A DNA stretch of 64,000 nt from an uncultured virus (IMG/VR IMGVR_UViG_3300022555_000014) (IMGVR_UViG_3300022555_000014); one strand, 5' to 3'; shown: positions 49,021 through 59,201, counted from the stretch's first letter. The notes: generated by a model not told the origin, from the letters alone. Numbers and translations: made by a program.

Positions 49021-49719
49021 GTGGTTAGATTCTGTGGCAGAGTAGATCAGGGGAGGATAGTAGAACAGAAATTATTCTACGGTGTTCTCCCAACCCCTAA
49101 CGACGGCTCAGTGTGGTTACCTCAGTGTGGTTGTGAACCTAATTACAACCCAGAATACCAAAAACTAGTAGGACCGCGCTACCAAATAACTGATACAGCA
49201 ATAAATCTGTTCTGGGATGTAGTAGACCTGCCTCTACCTACAGTACAATCTAATCACAAATCTAAACTGGCAGCTATTCGTTACGCTTACGCTACAGCTG
49301 GGACCTTCTGGACTGACCCCAACGGCGTAACACAAGAAGTTGACACCACCGACGATGTTGTTATTAAGTTAGTTGGAGCTTGTTTAATGTCTTTATTAGC
49401 ACAGATGCAAGGTCATCCTTTCTCCTTACAGTGGAAGTTTGGCTCACAAGCAGACGCTGGCTTTTTCATTACACTTACTTCCGAAGTGCTGATTACAGTC
49501 TTCCTTGCTGCTTCAAATCATGTGCAAATGTGCTATCAGAACGAATCTGACCTAACCTATAGAATAAACGCTGCTCATACTCCTGAAGAGGTAATGGCGG
49601 TTGACATTACAAAAGGTTGGCCGGTTGAATGTTGTGCTAACCCTCCAGATATCTCTGCTATTATGGCACCTTCAGTACCTATTGATACCTCTGTCCCGTT
49701 AAGCCTGCTGAGCCGCTAG
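49021..49719 (+). CDS. DUF4376-like tail-fibre-associated protein
   Basis: 'KLAAIRYAYATAG...VDTTDD...QWK...HVQMCYQNE...AVDITKGWP'. Confidence 0.72.
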   Translation: MVRFCGRVDQGRIVEQKLFYGVLPTPNDGSVWLPQCGCEPNYNPEYQKLVGPRYQITDTAINLFWDVVDLPLPTVQSNHKSKLAAIRYAYATAGTFWTDPNGVTQEVDTTDDVVIKLVGACLMSLLAQMQGHPFSLQWKFGSQADAGFFITLTSEVLITVFLAASNHVQMCYQNESDLTYRINAAHTPEEVMAVDITKGWPVECCANPPDISAIMAPSVPIDTSVPLSLLSR

Positions 49720-49767
49720 TTAACCCATAGTTTGCCAATAGTTAACCGCTAGTTAACCAATAGTTTG
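49713..49767. repeat. Degenerate 11-bp tandem repeat (CCnnTAGTTnn), 5 units, starting in the last codons of 49021..49719
   Basis: CCGCTAGTTAA/CCCATAGTTTG/CCAATAGTTAA/CCGCTAGTTAA/CCAATAGTTTG. Confidence 0.85.
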
Positions 49768-49795
49768 AAATTAAAAGAATAAAGGACTTTTTAAA

Positions 49796-50809
49796 ATGCC
49801 GAAATTTGCTCTAGTTCAGACTTTAGGTTCTAAAAAGCAAGTAATTGACACGGTAGAGTGTGATAACTTGCCACCCGTCAGTAACAAAGGGAAGTGGCTT
49901 CCTGTCATTACCGCTGCTCCTACCTTTGACGCAGCTACCCAGAAGCTAGAAGGTCCGGTTGTCTCTGTAGCCAACAACCGTGTTACAGAGACTTGGGTTG
50001 TTAAGCCGTTAGTAGCGGCGGTTAGACAACTAGTTACTGCTGCTCCTAAGCCCACACCTTCTCCTAAACCTACTGAAAAACTTAAAACCTGGAACGAGCC
50101 CGAGTTCCCCCTTAAAACTCTTAAACCTGAACCTACCTCTACACTGTTACCCGAAAACAGGACTCAAAATCCTATTTTCACACGGGCTTCCTTACCAACC
50201 TCTGCTCCAGTGGTTAGAAAATCAGTTGAACCTACTCAAATACCCACTACTACACCTGCTATTACTCAGACTTCCGCGCCGGTAGTTTTCACGAAGGTAT
50301 CCCCTACACCTAAAATAGTAGTTGCGTCTATTGAGACACCCTTACCTGTAGAGACTCCCTCGCCTACCCCTACTGTAACACCTACACCTACTCCTACAGT
50401 AACACCTAGTCCTACACCGACCGTGACGACCGCCCCTGTTCTCGATCCGCTATTGTTATCTAAGAATGAAGCGTTCGCTAAGTTGCTAGTAGCTAAGGCT
50501 GCAGCATTGTCTATAAAGATGACGTGGCCGCTACTTAGCCATAAGAACCTAGTGATAACGTTAACCGAAACTATTATGCACGACATCACCAGTGCAATAA
50601 CTAAAGCTAACAACGTTTCAAATAAATCTACTAATTGGGGTAAAGAGTCTGTTTGTCTTAATGACTTATTCCACTTACTGTCTACTGTTAGCTCTCACAT
50701 TAGTGCTTGTGAAGAACACTACAAATCTTTACACACTGCAATTACTATAGCAGCTTCAGTTTCAGAAGTCAAGGAAATTCAACTCAACAAAAACTGGCCT
50801 AACTGCTAA
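49796..50809 (+). CDS. DUF4376-like protein with a long Pro/Thr linker
   Basis: The N-terminal 'WLPV...PTFDAATQKLEGP...ETWVV' resembles 49021. TPTP linker and C-terminal 'HISACEE...AASVSEVKEIQLNKNWP'. Confidence 0.65.
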   Translation: MPKFALVQTLGSKKQVIDTVECDNLPPVSNKGKWLPVITAAPTFDAATQKLEGPVVSVANNRVTETWVVKPLVAAVRQLVTAAPKPTPSPKPTEKLKTWNEPEFPLKTLKPEPTSTLLPENRTQNPIFTRASLPTSAPVVRKSVEPTQIPTTTPAITQTSAPVVFTKVSPTPKIVVASIETPLPVETPSPTPTVTPTPTPTVTPSPTPTVTTAPVLDPLLLSKNEAFAKLLVAKAAALSIKMTWPLLSHKNLVITLTETIMHDITSAITKANNVSNKSTNWGKESVCLNDLFHLLSTVSSHISACEEHYKSLHTAITIAASVSEVKEIQLNKNWPNC

Positions 50810-50851
50810 GGTGCCCGTAACCTTTTTCCAATTTAGGAGCTTAGTAACATC

Positions 50852-51334
50852 ATGCCCACTACTGAACCGACACTTACAGAGACTCCCTCACACACGCCAG
50901 CCCCGACTCCTACACCGACTCACGCCCCGGCCTTAACTTTAGCTACTGCTAAGCAGTTGTTTATCACTAAGGTAAACGACTTGACGAATAAGCACATTGC
51001 AAACGGGGTTAGTTGGCATACAGCACGACGGGTTTTCATTGTTAACGTTACATCGCAAACAGTACATCAAATTGCTAATGATATCTCTGCGGCTAACGCG
51101 TCAGTTAACAAGAAGACCATGTATAACGGTGTAACTGTTACTTTAGCGGAGCTACAGAACTTACAGGCGTTGGTTAATAACCACATTGCTTCCTGTAACG
51201 CTGAGAAAGCTGCGCTAATAGCTAAAATCAATGCTTGTACTACAATTGACCAAGTGGAAGCTGTTGACATTATTGACGGTGTTCCTGTTAGTGGTACTGC
51301 TACTGTAGTAGTGGCAGAAGGTTGGTCTAATTAA
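50852..51334 (+). CDS. DUF4376-like protein
   Basis: 'HIASCNAEKAALIAKINACTTIDQVEAVDI...GWSN', paralogous to the upstream genes. Confidence 0.65.
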   Translation: MPTTEPTLTETPSHTPAPTPTPTHAPALTLATAKQLFITKVNDLTNKHIANGVSWHTARRVFIVNVTSQTVHQIANDISAANASVNKKTMYNGVTVTLAELQNLQALVNNHIASCNAEKAALIAKINACTTIDQVEAVDIIDGVPVSGTATVVVAEGWSN

Positions 51335-51347
51335 CCTAAATCTTTTT

Positions 51348-51388
51348 GAAAAGAGGGTCGGTCTCAAAAAGGCTAACCCTCTTTTTCT
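51348..51388 (+). terminator. Intrinsic terminator
   Basis: GAAAAGAGGG...CCCTCTTTTTC. Confidence 0.75.
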
Positions 51389-51464
51389 TTAGGAAAACTT
51401 AATTTTATTTGTTACCCGAATTGTTCTTCTACGAAGAAGGTGTCTGTCAAAAGGTGTTTGCCAA

Positions 51465-54400
51465 ATGTCACAAACAGTTATTACTAAAAACGGAATATTG
51501 TCAGTTTTCAATGCAGGAGCTAATGGACCACAGATAAATATTACGAATTTTCAAATAGGTTCTGACTTAATAACCCCAGATTCGAGTATGCCCGGAGTAA
51601 TTTCCTCCGGTTCATCAGGTGTGCCTGTTTACACGGGTGTACCCTCTCAATTATCTTATCAAATAGTAGACGGTAACAATGTTTTATTCAAAATAGTTTT
51701 GGATGAAACTATTGGTGATTTTAACATCGGTAACATTGGACTCTTCTTGTCTGACGGTACCATGTTTTCTATTACAGCTTTATCAGGTGTTACCTTAAAA
51801 TACAAAACTAATTATCCAACGATAATTGGTAATCAAAAGACGTATAATGTAATAACCCAACTTGGTAGCTTATCTACCGCTATAGACTTAACGTTAATAA
51901 CACAAGATGAGGCTGCTATTCCAGTCGTAGCTACTGAACTAGTGTTACCTCCTCCTGATTTAGCGCCTTTTCCTGTTTATGTCGTCAACGAACATACTAT
52001 TTACGGTCTCCCCGCCCTAGCCTTACGTGTAAACAACACTTGGACCTACGTTTCAACCGATCCTGTTGACAACTACGGTACCTACGTCTCTTCAAACTAC
52101 ATTGATCAAACAGTTTTAATAGGCAGTACGGTAGCTTGGTCAGTTCCTAGAAATCGCTTTATTCCGGGTAACGGTAACAACCCTACCATTGGCGTAATAG
52201 GTATTCGCGGTTTAGGTAACAAAATTTTAACACTTGGTAGTATTTATGAAGACGATAGTGGGCCGTTTACTCCAGGAGCTATTTATTACGGCGGGGATCA
52301 CGGTAGCTTAATAACCACACCTACTCAATACCCAGTGGGTTATGCCTTAAACGCCAATGCTTTATTTGTTACTATTGGCGGCGGTAATAACTCAGATATA
52401 CTAATAGGACAGGGTAGCATTTTTGATACACCTGTAACAATAGCGTCCAATACCGCTACGTCTAACACTAACTTTTTGTCCTTAGTACCTACAGATTTTG
52501 GTCCTAACAATCCAGGATTGTATATACATAAGGACGCCGTTGCTAATAACTGGGATATAAAAATCTCAGACGGTACTATACCTGGGTCTCTTAACTTAGA
52601 TGTTTTCAACGTAACTGCTCCTACTCCAGACTACAATGACATTAGTAATTCAGTAGCAACTACCGAATTTGTTAACGCCAGAGTTTTAAGCTTAGGTTCA
52701 AACATTCTAGCTGGTACTTTTGAAGTAAGTTTAAGCGGTGACGCTTCTGGCATAGGTGTACTATCAGCTTCTGACCCTATAGCTAACGTTGATGTAGTTC
52801 TTAAAACTGTAAATTCTAACCCCACTACAGTAGGTTCGTCTACAAGTATCCCTATTGTCACTGTTAACGAAAAAGGGCTAGTTACTTCTTTATCTTCTGT
52901 AACAGTAGCTGCACCTATAACTAGTAACTCCCCAGTATTCACTGGTAACCCTAGAGCACCTACACCCACAGTTACTGACAATTCTATGTCAATTGCTACC
53001 ACCGCCTTTGTTCAAAACTTTTTTGCGAGTATTGACTTGAACCTTTCTGGCTATGCATTGTTGGCCTCTCCTGCGTTTACAGGCGCCCCAACAGCCCCAA
53101 CCCCAACAATAACTGACAATTCTACAACCTTAGCCACAACAGCATTTGTTCGTAATTACGTTTTAAACAGCGGTTTAAGCAATTCTTTGTATGCACCTCT
53201 AAATAGTCCGGCCTTCACCGGTAACCCTACCGCACCGACGACTGCTAGCACAGACAACAGTGACTCAATTGCCACCACGTCTTTCGTTAATAGTGTTGGG
53301 TTTATTACTTCGTCTGCGTTAAGTCCTTACGCCTTACTTAGCTCTCCAAATTTCAGTGGTACTCCTACAGCACCCACAGTAACAGCAACTGACAATAGTG
53401 ACACTATCGCTACAACAAAGTTTATCAAAAGCTTAGGCTACACTACCACTACACCAGTAGATTTATCTCCTTACGCTTTGTTGAACTCACCTAATTTTAC
53501 AGGTAACCCTACTGCACCTACCCCAACTGTAACTGACAATTCCACCTCGGTGGCAACTACCCAGTTTATCCAAAGTCAGGGTTATATTACAGTAGCATCT
53601 CTTGCACCTTATGCTCTTACCAATTCTCCCGTGTTTACCGGTAACCCACAAGCTCCTACTGTAACTTCAACGGACAATTCTACAACCATTGCTACAACTC
53701 AGTTTGTCCAGAGCTTGGGATTTCTTACAGTAGCATCTCTTGCACCTTATTCTTTAATAAACTCTCCTGTATTTACAGGTAACCCACAGGCTCCGACTCC
53801 GACGTTAACAGACAATTCTACCTCGTTAGCTACGACTCAGTTTATCCAAGGTCAAGGGTACATTACTTCTGCAGCCTTAAGCCCTTACGCCTTGTTGATT
53901 TCTCCTAACTTCACTGGTATTCCAACAGCACCTACGCCTACAGTAACTGATAGTTCAACTGCTTTAGCAACTACTCAATTTATCCGTAATCAAGGCTTCA
54001 TTACAGGCAATCAAACTACTGTAATCTCAGGTGACGTTACGGGTTTTGGTACTACTGCAATAGTAGTCACACTTAATTCAGTAAACAATAACACTGCTAC
54101 TTACGGTTCGTCGTCAACCGTTCCTATTATTACTGCTAACGATAAAGGTTTAGTGACTAGTATTGACACGGCTATTATTACTCCTGCTGCTATTGGTGCT
54201 GCTCCTATTAGTTCTCCTAATCTAACCGGTAACCCTACAGCACCAACATTAACCTCCACTGACAACAGTAACTCAATAGCTACTACGTCGTTTGTCCAGA
54301 GCATGGGTTTCTTGACAGGAAATGAGACTGTCTCATTGACCGGAGACGCCTCTGGTACAGGTACCGTAAGTGTAGTTGTTACTCTTAAAACTGTTAATAG

Positions 54401-56717
54401 TGATACTGCTACCTACGGCTCTAGCTCAGTGGTTCCTGTTATTACCGCCAATGAGAAAGGCTTAGTTACAAGTATTGGTTCGGCTACAATTACCCCTAGT
54501 GCCATTGGTGCTGCACCTTTAAGTTCTCCTAATTTAACTGGTAACCCTACCGCACCTACTCCTACAGTTACTGACAACTCTACCTCACTAGCAACGACTC
54601 AGTTCGTTCGTAACCAAAACTTTATAACAGGAGCAGCGTTATCTCCTTACGCGCTTACTGCTTCTCCGGTATTAACTGGTAACCCTACCGCACCTACTCC
54701 TACTTCTGGTGATATTAGCAATTCAATAGCTACTACAGCTTTTGTGGTTAATGAGGTAACTAGTAACCTATTGTCTGCAGTAGTTTACAAAGGTACAGTG
54801 GACATTACGGCTACGCCTCCTAGTACCCCAGCAACAGGGAATACTTGGCGGGTAGTAACAGGCGGTATTCCCAACAGCAACTACTCGTTTAGTACTACGG
54901 TAACTGTTGTTGATGTTGGTGACTATGTTGTTTACAACGGTAGTAAATGGGATCGTTTGCCTAATACTAACCCTGTAATTTCAAACGGGGCTAATATTGT
55001 TGTTGTTCCAACCGGAGATACCTCGTATTCCGTAGCGTTAGCAGCAAGCCCCTCGTTCACGGGTAATCCCACAGCACCTACACCAACTGTAACTGATAAC
55101 TCAACGTCACTGGCTACTACGGCGTTCATTCATAATCAAGGTTTCCTTACAGGAAATCAGGTTATTACCCTTTCCGGTGACGCTTCTGGCTCCGGTACTA
55201 CCAGTATTGCCGTTACTCTCAATACAGTTAATAGCAATACAGCTACGTACGGTTCTAGCTCAGTGGTTCCAGTACTTACTGCTAATGAAAAAGGTCTAGT
55301 TACTAGTATTGGAACGGCTACTATCACCCCGGCAGCCATTGGTGCGGCTCCTATTAGTTCTCCTAACCTAACAGGAAACCCAACTGCTCCTACTCCTACG
55401 GTTACTGATAATTCAACTTCATTAGCAACGACTCAGTTCGTTCGTAATCAAGGCTTCCTTACAGGAAATCAGGTTATTACGGTTTCTGGTGATGCTAGTG
55501 GATCAGGTACCACCAGTATTGCTGTTACTTTACCAACAGTCAATAATAACACAGCTACTTATGGCTCTAGCTCAGTAGTTCCTGTTATTACCGCCAACGG
55601 TAAAGGTTTAGTTACTAACATTGGTACTGTTACGATTACACCAGCCGCTATCGGTGCCGCTCCTCTTAATAGCCCAGCATTACTTGGAGTCCCTACAGCC
55701 CCAACACCTACAGTTACTGATAACTCTACTACTTTAGCTACTACAGCCTTTGTCAATACTTTGGTGAATGCTGCTATAACTTCGGGAGTAATGTACAAAG
55801 GTACACGTAACGTTACTGCGGTAGCTCCTCCAACGTCTCCTAATACTGGTGACATGTACCGTGTAACTTCTACTGGAGCGCCTTACACAGGTTGGTCCTT
55901 CAGTACGACTGTTACCGTGGTAGATATTGGTGACTTTGTTGTCTACAACGGAACAAATTGGGATCGTATAGCTAATACTAACCCTAACATTTCTAGCGGG
56001 ACTAACATTGTTGTCGTTCCAACTGGTGATACTTCATATTCGATAGCATTAGCCAGCAGTCCGGTATTAACTGGTAATCCTACGGCACCTACCGTTACGA
56101 GCACCGATAATTCCACCAGTATTGCCACCAGTGCTTTCGTAAAAAGCTTGGGTTACATTACTGGAAATCAGAGTATATCTTTGACTGGTGATGCATCTGG
56201 TTCAGGTACTACTAGCATTGCTGTAACCTTACCCACTGTTAATTCTACGACTACAGCAGTTGGTAGTAGCTCAGTAGTTCCTGTACTTACGGCTAATGGA
56301 AAAGGCTTAGTCACAAGTATTGGTTCGGCTACAATTACTCCGGTAGCTATCGGTGCAGCGCCTTTAAATAACGCCAATTTAACTGGCAATCCTACAGCAC
56401 CTACTGTTACAAGCACTGATAACTCAACTAGTATTGCCACCACTCAGTTTGTTAATACAGCAACGGCTAAGTACGTTCAGACGTTCAATGCTACTACTGA
56501 CTGGGGTGCCGTTAACGGCAGTGGATATTATACTATTTCAATAGCTGCTACTACTCACAATCGCGGTACCTACGTCATCGTTCAGGTATTCAACGGTAGC
56601 ACTAACTTTGTGGTGACGTTACCTGATAGTACCTCCGTCGATTCTTCCGGTAACGTTAGCGTTCAAGTCCCAGGAACACCTGACAACAGGTTCTCTGGTT
56701 ACCTTGTTATCTATTAA
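51465..56717 (+). CDS. Main baseplate-anchored long tail fibre (DUF3751-like N-terminus)
   Basis: N-terminal 'VITKNG...INITNFQIG...IGDFNIGNIGLFLSDGTMFSI' baseplate-attachment pattern, about 17 fibre repeats and the shared C-terminal 'FNATTDWG...THNRG...PDNRFSG' domain. Confidence 0.9.
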   Translation: MSQTVITKNGILSVFNAGANGPQINITNFQIGSDLITPDSSMPGVISSGSSGVPVYTGVPSQLSYQIVDGNNVLFKIVLDETIGDFNIGNIGLFLSDGTMFSITALSGVTLKYKTNYPTIIGNQKTYNVITQLGSLSTAIDLTLITQDEAAIPVVATELVLPPPDLAPFPVYVVNEHTIYGLPALALRVNNTWTYVSTDPVDNYGTYVSSNYIDQTVLIGSTVAWSVPRNRFIPGNGNNPTIGVIGIRGLGNKILTLGSIYEDDSGPFTPGAIYYGGDHGSLITTPTQYPVGYALNANALFVTIGGGNNSDILIGQGSIFDTPVTIASNTATSNTNFLSLVPTDFGPNNPGLYIHKDAVANNWDIKISDGTIPGSLNLDVFNVTAPTPDYNDISNSVATTEFVNARVLSLGSNILAGTFEVSLSGDASGIGVLSASDPIANVDVVLKTVNSNPTTVGSSTSIPIVTVNEKGLVTSLSSVTVAAPITSNSPVFTGNPRAPTPTVTDNSMSIATTAFVQNFFASIDLNLSGYALLASPAFTGAPTAPTPTITDNSTTLATTAFVRNYVLNSGLSNSLYAPLNSPAFTGNPTAPTTASTDNSDSIATTSFVNSVGFITSSALSPYALLSSPNFSGTPTAPTVTATDNSDTIATTKFIKSLGYTTTTPVDLSPYALLNSPNFTGNPTAPTPTVTDNSTSVATTQFIQSQGYITVASLAPYALTNSPVFTGNPQAPTVTSTDNSTTIATTQFVQSLGFLTVASLAPYSLINSPVFTGNPQAPTPTLTDNSTSLATTQFIQGQGYITSAALSPYALLISPNFTGIPTAPTPTVTDSSTALATTQFIRNQGFITGNQTTVISGDVTGFGTTAIVVTLNSVNNNTATYGSSSTVPIITANDKGLVTSIDTAIITPAAIGAAPISSPNLTGNPTAPTLTSTDNSNSIATTSFVQSMGFLTGNETVSLTGDASGTGTVSVVVTLKTVNSDTATYGSSSVVPVITANEKGLVTSIGSATITPSAIGAAPLSSPNLTGNPTAPTPTVTDNSTSLATTQFVRNQNFITGAALSPYALTASPVLTGNPTAPTPTSGDISNSIATTAFVVNEVTSNLLSAVVYKGTVDITATPPSTPATGNTWRVVTGGIPNSNYSFSTTVTVVDVGDYVVYNGSKWDRLPNTNPVISNGANIVVVPTGDTSYSVALAASPSFTGNPTAPTPTVTDNSTSLATTAFIHNQGFLTGNQVITLSGDASGSGTTSIAVTLNTVNSNTATYGSSSVVPVLTANEKGLVTSIGTATITPAAIGAAPISSPNLTGNPTAPTPTVTDNSTSLATTQFVRNQGFLTGNQVITVSGDASGSGTTSIAVTLPTVNNNTATYGSSSVVPVITANGKGLVTNIGTVTITPAAIGAAPLNSPALLGVPTAPTPTVTDNSTTLATTAFVNTLVNAAITSGVMYKGTRNVTAVAPPTSPNTGDMYRVTSTGAPYTGWSFSTTVTVVDIGDFVVYNGTNWDRIANTNPNISSGTNIVVVPTGDTSYSIALASSPVLTGNPTAPTVTSTDNSTSIATSAFVKSLGYITGNQSISLTGDASGSGTTSIAVTLPTVNSTTTAVGSSSVVPVLTANGKGLVTSIGSATITPVAIGAAPLNNANLTGNPTAPTVTSTDNSTSIATTQFVNTATAKYVQTFNATTDWGAVNGSGYYTISIAATTHNRGTYVIVQVFNGSTNFVVTLPDSTSVDSSGNVSVQVPGTPDNRFSGYLVIY

Positions 56718-56725
56718 CACTTTTA

Positions 56726-56769
56726 AGGCTAGTGTAGTCAAGTTAACCGCAGCCAACTACACTAGCCTT
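56726..56769 (+). terminator. Hairpin between fibre and endolysin genes
   Basis: AGGCTAGTGTAGT...ACTACACTAGCCT with a weak U-tail. Confidence 0.55.
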
Positions 56770-56796
56770 CATTATAACAAGAAGGAGTAAACACTA

Positions 56797-57804
56797 ATGA
56801 CTCTACAACTTACGGATGTTCAGAAAGCTACAGTTAAAGCAATTACGAGCATTCACGAAACCGACCAAATTTCTAGTCCAAAAGGTTACGCCAATGTTAC
56901 CCTTTTGGCTGGAGATAGTGGACATTTGACCTTCGGATTGTGTCAAACGACGTTATCTTCCGGGAACCTCTATTTGCTTATAAAAGCCTACTCTTCTGCG
57001 TCAGGTAAGTACTCTGATCAAATGGTTCCATACCTCTCTAGGTTGAAATCTTGTGACTTGTCTCTAGATGATGACTCTGATTTTAAAAGTTTACTACATC
57101 AAGCAGGGCTAACTGACCCAATAATGCAGGAGACTCAACGAATTTTTTTTGATAAGATATATTATCAGCCTGCTTATACAGCAGCCAATCGTCAAAATGT
57201 TACTACAGCGTTAGGCATGGCAATTGTGTTTGACGGGTTCATTCAAGGTTCTTTCAAGCGTATCAAGGACTTAACTGACGCTGACTATTCTGGCGCTGAC
57301 GAGAAAACGTGGTTTACGCAGTACGTTAACAAGCGTAAGACTTGGTTGACAAATAAGTCTGTTTTGCTCTCCTATACCGTATATCGTATGGATACGTTTA
57401 TCGCTCTGATCAAGAATAATAACTGGGATTTAAACCTTCCCTTAGTTGCTCATGGCGTAACTATTACTGAAGCAAAGCTTAATCTACCTTCAGCTACTAC
57501 TACAACACCTACACAAAATACAGATACTTCATCAACTCCTCCAGTAGAAGATACCCCTTCAAACACTGGTAAAATAACAGTTGCCACTAAAACTGGCGAA
57601 GATGACGCTTTAATGTTCGGAGCTGCCGGTGGCGCGGTTAGAGCTTTACAAATAGCATTAGTCAATCTTGGTTACTCTATCACGGTTAACGGTAATTTTG
57701 ATGATGATACCCTGTCAGCCGTAGAGACTTATCAGAACGCCAAAGGCTTAACGGCTGACGGCATTGTAGGTAACGTCACTAAGTCTTCTCTTGGACTCAT
57801 TTAA
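56797..57804 (+). CDS. Endolysin: chitosanase/lysozyme-fold catalytic domain plus C-terminal peptidoglycan-binding domain
   Basis: 'IHET...YANVTLLAGDSGHLTFGLCQTT..SGNL' and PG_binding_1-like 'VRALQIALVNLGY...GNFDDDT..AV..YQ..KGLTADGIVG..T'. Confidence 0.85.
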   Translation: MTLQLTDVQKATVKAITSIHETDQISSPKGYANVTLLAGDSGHLTFGLCQTTLSSGNLYLLIKAYSSASGKYSDQMVPYLSRLKSCDLSLDDDSDFKSLLHQAGLTDPIMQETQRIFFDKIYYQPAYTAANRQNVTTALGMAIVFDGFIQGSFKRIKDLTDADYSGADEKTWFTQYVNKRKTWLTNKSVLLSYTVYRMDTFIALIKNNNWDLNLPLVAHGVTITEAKLNLPSATTTTPTQNTDTSSTPPVEDTPSNTGKITVATKTGEDDALMFGAAGGAVRALQIALVNLGYSITVNGNFDDDTLSAVETYQNAKGLTADGIVGNVTKSSLGLI

Positions 57805-57820
57805 AGAGGAACTTAGGAAA

Positions 57821-58426
57821 ATGACCTCACCCGTATGTTCAGAAACCACGTACTCTTTGTTTGATATTGTTAAATGGACTTATATGCACTGGGACTATGT
57901 ACTATTTCTTATATCGATTCCTATATCCATAGCTGCTGTATTCTGTCGATTCGTAGCTCCTCCTAAAAACCCGAATAGTACCTTTGCTAAATTTAGACTT
58001 TTGCTAGAGTGGTTGGCTCAAAATTCACATTGGGCTGAATCCTCTTGGGTGTCTAAGGCTAAAGCTGATGGTTTACTAGACGGACCAGCCCCGCCTGTGT
58101 TGTTTACTTCGCCTGACAAGCCTGTAACTTCACCAGAGAAAGTGGTACCGACTCCGGCAACTGTTACACCACCAATAGTATCTCCTCCGTCTATACCGCC
58201 AATAGTGTCTCCTCCGTCTATACCTATTCCTCCACCTCACGTAACGCCGGTAGAACCTGCACCTGCTAAGCCCTCTACTGCTACGGATGTTACCTTGACT
58301 ATTCAGCCGCTAGGTAAAGGTGCAAAGGCCGTTGTCATTAGTAATCCTGCTAATATTACCATAAACCTTCTAAACGATGCTACTTTATCGGTAGATGACG
58401 CTATCAACGTAAAGTTAACTAAGTGA
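57821..58426 (+). CDS. Membrane protein, holin candidate
   Basis: One hydrophobic helix (YVLFLISIPISIAAVFC) and a Pro-rich tail. Lies between the endolysin and the spanins. Confidence 0.5.
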   Translation: MTSPVCSETTYSLFDIVKWTYMHWDYVLFLISIPISIAAVFCRFVAPPKNPNSTFAKFRLLLEWLAQNSHWAESSWVSKAKADGLLDGPAPPVLFTSPDKPVTSPEKVVPTPATVTPPIVSPPSIPPIVSPPSIPIPPPHVTPVEPAPAKPSTATDVTLTIQPLGKGAKAVVISNPANITINLLNDATLSVDDAINVKLTK

Positions 58427-58435
58427 GATGCGGTA

Positions 58436-58561
58436 ATGAGAATCCTCCTTTTAACACTAGCTCTGCTATTATTGTCAACTTGCACGCTTTCTGTTAGGCA
58501 TTTATCCGAAGATAATTGGTCGCCTTCTTCAGGAGAAGCTGTTGTTAAGTTGAGGTTTTAA
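58436..58561 (+). CDS. Small putative lipoprotein (41 aa; below the ORF-track cut-off)
   Basis: MRILLLTLALLLLSTCTLSVRHLSEDNWSPSSGEAVVKLRF: signal-peptide-like N-terminus with an atypical lipobox LSTC. Confidence 0.5.
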   Translation: MRILLLTLALLLLSTCTLSVRHLSEDNWSPSSGEAVVKLRF

Positions 58562-58667
58562 CTACAAACTGGCTGAGAACCTTGCCCAGTAGACCTTGCT
58601 TTTCAGCCAGTTTTCTAATTTAATTCTTAATTTTAATCATGGAACAACTAACAAAAGGACTCACGTC

Positions 58668-59165
58668 ATGTTCTCAAGCATCGCCTCTTTCTTTACCGGG
58701 GGTAGTGGTACATTACTGTCTGTTTTAGGACTTCTAGTAGTAGTCTCTGGTCTGGTAGGTTACCATTTCTACACCGTAGAGCACCTAGACGCTCAGCTAC
58801 TTCAAGCTGAAGCCAAAGCTACAGCCTTAGCTGCTGATAACGCTAAACTTTCCGTATCCAACACTAGCCTAGAGGCGGCTATAGCTCAAAAAGATCAAAT
58901 CCAAAAGGACATGCTCAAGGAGCTTAGTAACATTCGTAATAAAGACGCTGTTCTACAGAAGCAACTAGCTGAACAGCAGAAGAACCTTGAGTCAGTTGCT
59001 CACAACGCTAAGTTAGACAAAATTCGCAGCAATGACAAGGGTGCTAAGCATCTATTAGATGTTATCAACAATAACGTAGCTTGTCAGACTGCTCACTTTG
59101 GTGAAGACGGAGTTTGTAGCGACGGTACTTGGAAACCTTCCGCAGCGCCTGCTACTACTAAATAA
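58668..59165 (+). CDS. Inner-membrane spanin (Rz-like)
   Basis: ATG 58668 behind AAGGA. N-terminal TM helix, long coiled coil and C-terminal Cys pair, upstream of a lipoprotein. Confidence 0.75.
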   Translation: MFSSIASFFTGGSGTLLSVLGLLVVVSGLVGYHFYTVEHLDAQLLQAEAKATALAADNAKLSVSNTSLEAAIAQKDQIQKDMLKELSNIRNKDAVLQKQLAEQQKNLESVAHNAKLDKIRSNDKGAKHLLDVINNNVACQTAHFGEDGVCSDGTWKPSAAPATTK

Positions 59166-59201
59166 CTAGCACTAAGAAGAATAAGTTGGAAGGAGACTAC
59201 T

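Noticed and set aside
21073..56443. Many minus-strand ORFs such as 'MVAILVELSVLVTVGAVG...'
   Set aside because: They are antisense shadows of the Thr/Ser/Pro-rich fibre repeats, with no RBS or independent features.
209..56717. Diversity-generating retroelement or invertase shufflon acting on the fibres
   Set aside because: I saw no reverse transcriptase or recombinase gene, no TR/VR pair differing only at adenines, and no inverted fibre-tip cassettes.
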